From sequence record NC_036595.1: DNA of 18,222 bases, one strand, 5' to 3'. A program made the position numbers and the translations under genes. Positions 13,710-18,222 of the stretch are shown piece after piece (positions within the stretch are counted from its first letter, which is position 1; the number at the start of each line of letters is the position of its first letter). Under the pieces are notes generated by a model. That model saw nothing but the letters and a program-made list of their open reading frames with translations. It did not search any database and had not been told where the DNA came from.

Positions 13710-14648
13710 CTAGCTGTTCCACCTTATTTTTATTAGCGGCTTATGTGTTCCATTCTCCCTGAGGTAGAAGTCTATCCCGTTCCCTCTCCTCACAGTCTTT
13801 ATACCTTTAACGTATGTCTCATACTGTATTGTAGGCTTCCCAGTTCCATCGTTCCATTGTTCCTCTCCAGCCCCGCCAGCATGCTCCACCCTAGCCTGCT
13901 GGGGTAGAGCCTCGAGGCTCCGCCTAGCCTCTGGCTCTGCCCTCACTAGCGATCGGTGGCGTTTAAGCACAGCAACAGCCCTGTGCACGGTCTGCCACGT
14001 GACCTCAGGGTCATTACTAGTCCACAACTTCATAGATAAGTCGTGTAGTGCCATAAGACCTGCACCCCCGACTAGGGGGCCTAGCAACCTGAAGTCGGCT
14101 GGCTCGTCTGGGTAGCTCTTGAAGAACTTGAGCACCGCCATACGCCTAAACGTGATATCCACTAGGTGGTAGACCTGCGAGGCGTGGACTGCGAGTAGGA
14201 ATCCGTTGAATCCTAGGGCCTTGAGCCTATGCCTTATCATAATGTAAGCCTGCGACTCGCTAACGTTCTCCCTGGACATTGCCCGCCTTCCATGCCCGCC
14301 CTTGGTGGCGGGGGCGTCGTCGTTGAATATGTAGAGGTACATACACCTATCTAGGTCTAGGCTTGTAGCGGCCTCTAGCAACTGCTGTATCCCGGCCTCT
14401 TTACCGTAAACATAGCATATCGAGTAGTCGTCCACGCCCTGGCCTAGGAGCGCCTGAACGGCCTCTCCCAGCTTAGCCTCGATAAAGGTGGTCTTGCCAC
14501 TACCCATCTCCCCCACTATTAGGGCGCTCCTCATATGCAGAGGAGCCCTCTCCACAAACCCAGGCGGCGGGGCCATGTAAGCTAGGATACGGCCCCTAAC
14601 CTTAGTCTCGGGGGTCTCCTGTGTCACTACCTCTTTCATTGCTACCAC
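13710..14648 (-). CDS. A32-like (FtsK/HerA superfamily) P-loop ATPase; probable genome-packaging/assembly ATPase
   Basis: Walker A GEMGSGKTT, Walker B LYIFNDD, then IRH....LLAVHASQVYHLVDITFRR, matching the RH...hhhsQ...hR signature of A32-type ATPases. Confidence 0.85.
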   Translation of the reverse strand: MVAMKEVVTQETPETKVRGRILAYMAPPPGFVERAPLHMRSALIVGEMGSGKTTFIEAKLGEAVQALLGQGVDDYSICYVYGKEAGIQQLLEAATSLDLDRCMYLYIFNDDAPATKGGHGRRAMSRENVSESQAYIMIRHRLKALGFNGFLLAVHASQVYHLVDITFRRMAVLKFFKSYPDEPADFRLLGPLVGGAGLMALHDLSMKLWTSNDPEVTWQTVHRAVAVLKRHRSLVRAEPEARRSLEALPQQARVEHAGGAGEEQWNDGTGKPTIQYETYVKGIKTVRRGNGIDFYLRENGTHKPLIKIRWNS

Positions 14649-14965
14649 TCCTCTTCCAGCCTCTGCCTCTTCACCAGCAAGCCCGCCTGCTGCAGCATCC
14701 TAGCCACACGCCTGTACACGGCCATAACCTCGTGGTAGCTCCTAGCCCTGGCCAGCTCCTGATACAGCCCATCCACCCCGCCCTTAACCACTGGGTCGGC
14801 CAGGTCGAGTAGCACCAGCACGGCGCCCCGCAGCTCAGCCAGCTTATACTCCTGCCTGGCCCTAGGGGTACGCCAGTACTCGGTGGCCAGCCTGGCTATC
14901 CTCTCCACCTGCTGGGTCAACACCCACGTGTAATCCACCCTGTCTTTTGTAACCTCGTATGTCAT
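14642..14965 (-). CDS. Helical hypothetical protein adjacent to the ATPase
   Basis: Preferred ATG 14965 immediately after the upstream stop (14967); coupled to the ATPase. Confidence 0.7.
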   Translation of the reverse strand: MTYEVTKDRVDYTWVLTQQVERIARLATEYWRTPRARQEYKLAELRGAVLVLLDLADPVVKGGVDGLYQELARARSYHEVMAVYRRVARMLQQAGLLVKRQRLEEEW

Positions 14966-14966
14966 G

Positions 14967-15302
14967 CTATTCCACCTCTCCACCCTCTTCTATAGCGCCT
15001 GGCGGCTGGCTCATCTCCTTGAGGAAGTCCTCGTCAACAGGGATCCCCTCACGGCACACCACAGCCATTAGGAGCAGCATCTTCTCGCTGGGCGGTAGGC
15101 CCCGGGGGCTGTAGGCCCACCTCAGGCCCTGCCAGGCAAAATACCCCTGGAGCCTCTCCTCAACCTCACCACAATCCCTGGCGCCGACCAGCAGGCCCGC
15201 CAGCTCCGCCGTGACCTCGTCACCGAGTATGCGCCCGAGCCTCTCGACTAGCCTGTCTATACTCCTCTTCCCCAGCCTATAGCTCTGTATATCGAAACTC
15301 AC
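14967..15302 (-). CDS. Hypothetical protein (111 aa)
   Basis: GTG start with GGGGGGTGG upstream; operon context. Confidence 0.7.
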   Translation of the reverse strand: MSFDIQSYRLGKRSIDRLVERLGRILGDEVTAELAGLLVGARDCGEVEERLQGYFAWQGLRWAYSPRGLPPSEKMLLLMAVVCREGIPVDEDFLKEMSQPPGAIEEGGEVE

Positions 15303-15376
15303 ACTAGGCCACCCCCCGCATAATGAGGGTGAAATGGGGAAAAACAGGTGTACTACTTACGGGCCCCCTTTCTTCC

Positions 15377-16153
15377 CTAGAATCCTATGATATCGTCTAG
15401 GTGCTCCAGCTCATACCTGGCTACATCGTCTAGCTCCCTAGCGACCATCTTCTCCCACTCGCTGTCCTCATACATCCTACTGATGTACTTCCACCTCTCC
15501 AAGTCTTCCTTGGCTATCTCCTCTAGCGTCTTACCCAGGGCTTCCCTAACTAGCCCCTTGGCATAGTGGTAGCCTAGAGACCAGTCCACTAGCTCTTTCC
15601 AGTCGTATTGATACGGGTCTATACCCTTCTCCTTAGCTCTGTCGTGTATTGCCTTCGCTAGTGCTAGCGCCATTATATATGTCCAGACCCTATCCTTTCC
15701 CCTCTTGTAACGCTTGGGTATCCATCTCCAGATGTCCTCTGCTAGGCTCCTAACAGCGGGGCTCCTGGCCCAGGTCTGCCTAGCCCTCTTCAGGGCCTTA
15801 GCCAGGGCCTTGGCTGTTATGGCTTTTACAGCCTTAGACTCGACCTTCTTACCGGCTCCCAGCTTCTTGGTTACCTTCTTCGCCTGGCTCTTGCTGGCCT
15901 TACTAACCTCTCGCTTTAGCCTTCTAACAACCTTTATCACGTCGTGGGTGTGTCTCCAGGGGCCCCTGCCTACCTTCTTCCCCCTGCGCCTGTCCAGGTG
16001 TGGGGTGTGCTTCGATATGTGGCTCCTAGAGCGGGCGTAGTAATGGCCCGGGCCAGTCCACGCCTTCTCGCACGCCCTCTTACTGTACCCCCTCTCCTCG
16101 CACCACTTGAGCAGTTGTTTCTTCGTCTTGAAGAAGTAGAGCTTGGTTACCAC
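15377..16153 (-). CDS. Highly basic K/R-rich protein; candidate nucleoprotein
   Basis: Very K/R/A-rich first ~140 aa (histone H1-like KKVTKKLGAGKKVESKAVKA), acidic helical C-terminus; directly downstream of the VP2-like gene. Confidence 0.7.
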   Translation of the reverse strand: MVTKLYFFKTKKQLLKWCEERGYSKRACEKAWTGPGHYYARSRSHISKHTPHLDRRRGKKVGRGPWRHTHDVIKVVRRLKREVSKASKSQAKKVTKKLGAGKKVESKAVKAITAKALAKALKRARQTWARSPAVRSLAEDIWRWIPKRYKRGKDRVWTYIMALALAKAIHDRAKEKGIDPYQYDWKELVDWSLGYHYAKGLVREALGKTLEEIAKEDLERWKYISRMYEDSEWEKMVARELDDVARYELEHLDDIIGF

Positions 16154-16159
16154 ACCGCC

Positions 16160-16402
16160 TCACCCCCCGAGCACGTATAGCTTGAACTGTATCTTACGCT
16201 TGATCCTGCGCCAGTGGCTCCCCGCCAGCCGCTTGAGGAACTCTTCGTCCTTGTAGAGCTTCCGCAGCACCCTATCGTTTATCTCGCCAGTTTTCGTAAA
16301 CGGGTCGCCGTACCTACGCTTTATAGCCTGCCTATGCTTGAGCAGCCACCTGGTTAGGCTGCCCCACCTAATCCTGCTCCAGTCTATCCTACGCCTAGCC
16401 AT
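16160..16402 (-). CDS. SSV1 VP2-like virion DNA-binding protein
   Basis: 80 aa, very basic. GSLTRWL...RYGDPFTKTGEINDRVLRK resembles the VP2 core (G..hR.L...YG..AFTKDG.I) as recalled from fusellovirus VP2. Confidence 0.7.
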   Translation of the reverse strand: MARRRIDWSRIRWGSLTRWLLKHRQAIKRRYGDPFTKTGEINDRVLRKLYKDEEFLKRLAGSHWRRIKRKIQFKLYVLGG

Positions 16403-16406
16403 AGTA

Positions 16407-17399
16407 TCACCGCCTCATAAGCATGAACAATATAGCCACTGCAACCAGGCCCAGTGGTACCAGCAGGCTGCGCAGGTTCAGCCCGCCGCCCTCTCCCGTG
16501 AGCGTTATCGTCTGGACCTCGGTAACCACCCTAGTCCCGCCTGGGCCTGTGGCTGTGTATGTTGTTGTTATCACGCTTGTGTATGTGTCCGTGTAGGTGT
16601 AGGTTGTCGTGGACGTCTCTGTCTCTGTTATCGTGAACGTTTCTGTCTGGACAGGTACAACAACAACTGCACTATCCGCCGTGGCCTGGCTAGTGAACTG
16701 GTAGTCGTTCACTAGGCCAGCTAGACCTAGGCTATAGCCCACCGAGACCGAGCCAGCACTAGGGCCCTGCCCGATGCTTGCTGCAGTACTAGCTACGCTA
16801 CAATTATATATTGTCTTTGTGGTTGTAGACGTGTAGTTTATCGTCACATCTGTGTGATTAACATACTCGAAATAGCCAGACCTGCTGCCGTCCCACGTGT
16901 GTGACCCCACACTCTCGTCCAGTAACACCGTCCCGTCTGGGAGCTTTATCACCACGTGGGTGGGATCCGAGTAACCACTACCACTATGGTTTATGCCTGT
17001 TAGGGTTAGTGTTATACTTGTTAGCGTATCGCTAGTGATGCTGAATGAGCCAGTCACCGTGTAACCACTCTGTGAAAAACTGGCTGCATCCACCCATTGC
17101 CCGAGCTCCTGGACATACGTCTCAAACTCTGTAACGCTACCCCCGAAACTGTTGGGAGTGAATTCTATAGTGAACTCGAAGACATAAAATGTTGCCGCGT
17201 TCCCAGTGCAGATTGAGCTTAGGTCGTTCGACGTTCCGACTTCAAGGTCAACAGCATACCCAAAAACATAGTCGAGAGAGGTCGGGGCTGTCGTGGGGGC
17301 TGAGACTGTAGTCTGGCCATACACCAGACCCGCAAACACCGAAACCACTAGCAATATAGCGGTAAAAATAAGGCTGTGTAAATTGTGAAATTTAGGCAT
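16407..17399 (-). CDS. Surface glycoprotein/adhesin-like protein with signal peptide, Thr-rich stalk and C-terminal TM
   Basis: Hydrophobic N-terminus; S/T-rich beta domain with four N-x-S/T sequons (NHS, NHT, NYT, NCS); TETFTITETETSTTT stalk; EGGG + TM + MRR. Confidence 0.8.
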   Translation of the reverse strand: MPKFHNLHSLIFTAILLVVSVFAGLVYGQTTVSAPTTAPTSLDYVFGYAVDLEVGTSNDLSSICTGNAATFYVFEFTIEFTPNSFGGSVTEFETYVQELGQWVDAASFSQSGYTVTGSFSITSDTLTSITLTLTGINHSGSGYSDPTHVVIKLPDGTVLLDESVGSHTWDGSRSGYFEYVNHTDVTINYTSTTTKTIYNCSVASTAASIGQGPSAGSVSVGYSLGLAGLVNDYQFTSQATADSAVVVVPVQTETFTITETETSTTTYTYTDTYTSVITTTYTATGPGGTRVVTEVQTITLTGEGGGLNLRSLLVPLGLVAVAILFMLMRR

Positions 17400-17420
17400 G
17401 CCAGGCCACCCCTGAGGGTG

Positions 17421-18077
17421 TTATGGCAAGGTTATCTTGTACACAACTGTTACAACATCGTTAGCGTTCACCGCAAACGCGTTGGCACCCAGATCATCAT
17501 ACAACATTAGAGCATCTTTAGTTGCATTACTTGAATTAATGCTTAGCCTGCTGTAAACGCCCACACCATATACTGTCCCGCTCTGTGTTGCAACTATGCT
17601 TGCCGACAATATGAACGATTTTGTAGAACTGTCAAACTGGAGCCCGCCTGTACCTACCTCTGCAAAATCATACGCCCCAGGAAGCAGATACATTGTGTAG
17701 TTGTACGTGTATGCACTATCATAGTTTATGAAAATATATGCTGGATAAAACGTCCCATCGATTCTATCGATTTTTGCTCCGGTGATATCAACCATATCTG
17801 GATAGATATTGTTAGTATCATAATATATCAAATCACCAGCGAGCAATGATGCAACAGCCACAACAAAGTTTTGCGTGGAAGGGTCGTCGGGGTCGTAGTG
17901 GATTAGCTCTCCGTTCTTGTATATGTATAGCTCGGCCTGGAGTGCCCGGGGGCCCTGCTGTAGCGTCACCTCTATGTCTTGTTGTGGGGCTAGGTGGTAG
18001 CCGCCTAGGAAGCCAGCTAGCAAGACTAGGGTAAGCATGGGTATGGCTAGGAGCCCGCGCCTGTCCATACGCGCCAC
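17421..18077 (-). CDS. N-terminally anchored protein with a tail-collar/adsorption-protein-like C-terminal beta domain
   Basis: N-terminal TM. The C-terminal GVGVY...ALMLYDDL...VNANDVVTVVYKITL pattern resembles phage tail-fibre/baseplate attachment domains (weak). Start GTG 18077 or ATG 18068. Confidence 0.65.
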   Translation of the reverse strand: MARMDRRGLLAIPMLTLVLLAGFLGGYHLAPQQDIEVTLQQGPRALQAELYIYKNGELIHYDPDDPSTQNFVVAVASLLAGDLIYYDTNNIYPDMVDITGAKIDRIDGTFYPAYIFINYDSAYTYNYTMYLLPGAYDFAEVGTGGLQFDSSTKSFILSASIVATQSGTVYGVGVYSRLSINSSNATKDALMLYDDLGANAFAVNANDVVTVVYKITLP

Positions 18078-18214
18078 CCTGCTCTACTATAGTCTATTGA
18101 GCGCCGTGTGTTTTCTCTGTACAAACCGCTGTACACTATATAGTTACCATGCTGTGCAGGCTGCTGCATAGTCAAAACCATGTTTGTATATAGACTCTAT
18201 AGTAGAGCCAGGGT
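18076..18214. promoter_or_regulatory. Inverted-repeat-bounded intergenic region; putative divergent late promoter
   Basis: ACCCTG-CTCTACTATAG--TCTAT (18076-18097) versus the reverse complement of 18190-18214, ACCCTGGCTCTACTATAGAGTCTAT; each arm ends in an outward-facing SD-like AGGGTG. Confidence 0.7.
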
Positions 18215-18222
18215 GTGGGACT

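Larger units (their letters stand above)
1..18222. mobile_element. Temperate archaeal virus (fusellovirus/guttavirus-like gene toolkit), episomal form, probably a complete circular genome
   Basis: Intact SSV-type integrase containing a tRNA-derived attP, VP2-like protein, A32-like ATPase, many membrane-anchored proteins and no housekeeping genes. The window ends in an SD-like GGGTGTGGGA that would sit just before the GTG at position 1 if circular. Confidence 0.85.

Noticed and set aside
917-18034. The many antisense and alternate-frame ORFs in the track (e.g. 917-1114, 1798-2148, 2861-3274, 4350-4745, 5380-6000, 10342-10734, 11853-12450, 12570-13358, 15714-16180, 16338-16715, 17846-18034)
   Set aside because: Each lies wholly over a better-supported gene, lacks motifs, and is expected in GC-rich DNA.
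18076-18214. MITE or IS remnant
   Set aside because: No transposase or target-site duplication, and the repeat arms coincide with outward-facing ribosome-binding sites, which fits a promoter better.
1-18222. Naming the element as a known Aeropyrum provirus (APSV1/APOV1) or the coil-shaped virus ACV
   Set aside because: Gene types overlap, but I cannot verify identity without a search, and the sizes and gene sets I recall for those viruses do not fit.
18172-18222. 3' end of an upstream gene on the - strand
   Set aside because: All three frames hit stops within a few dozen codons with no motif, and the segment is better explained as the right arm of the inverted repeat. This cannot be fully excluded if the contig continues.

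Overview
The window looks like the complete (or nearly complete) circular, episomal genome of an 18.2 kb temperate virus or virus-like element of a hyperthermophilic crenarchaeon. The host guess (Thermoprotei, perhaps Desulfurococcales) is inferred from GC-rich DNA, CTA/ATA/AGG codon use, GTG starts, GTGA overlaps and a CCA-encoding tRNA target. Firm anchors: an uninterrupted SSV-type tyrosine integrase (12493-13512) carrying the 3' half of tRNA-Glu(TTC) as attP, an A32/FtsK-HerA-type packaging ATPase, an SSV1 VP2-like DNA-binding protein, a membrane-anchored trypsin-like serine protease and an archaeal type IV pilin. Layout: (i) + strand membrane/structural operon 1-6284; (ii) AT-richer early/accessory block 6285-9358, whose genes follow three copies of a 60-bp promoter repeat, with a candidate origin at about 8770-8945; (iii) regulatory/accessory genes 9388-13703 (RHH and wHTH proteins, a possible half-PCNA, pilin, PD-(D/E)XK-like nuclease, integrase); (iv) a convergent - strand operon 18077-13710 (adhesin-like proteins, VP2-like and basic proteins, ATPase). 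An inverted repeat at 18076-18214 points outward into both structural operons if the ends are joined, which supports circularity. No replication initiator and no certain major capsid protein were recognised. All family calls come from motifs read by eye; no database search was run.
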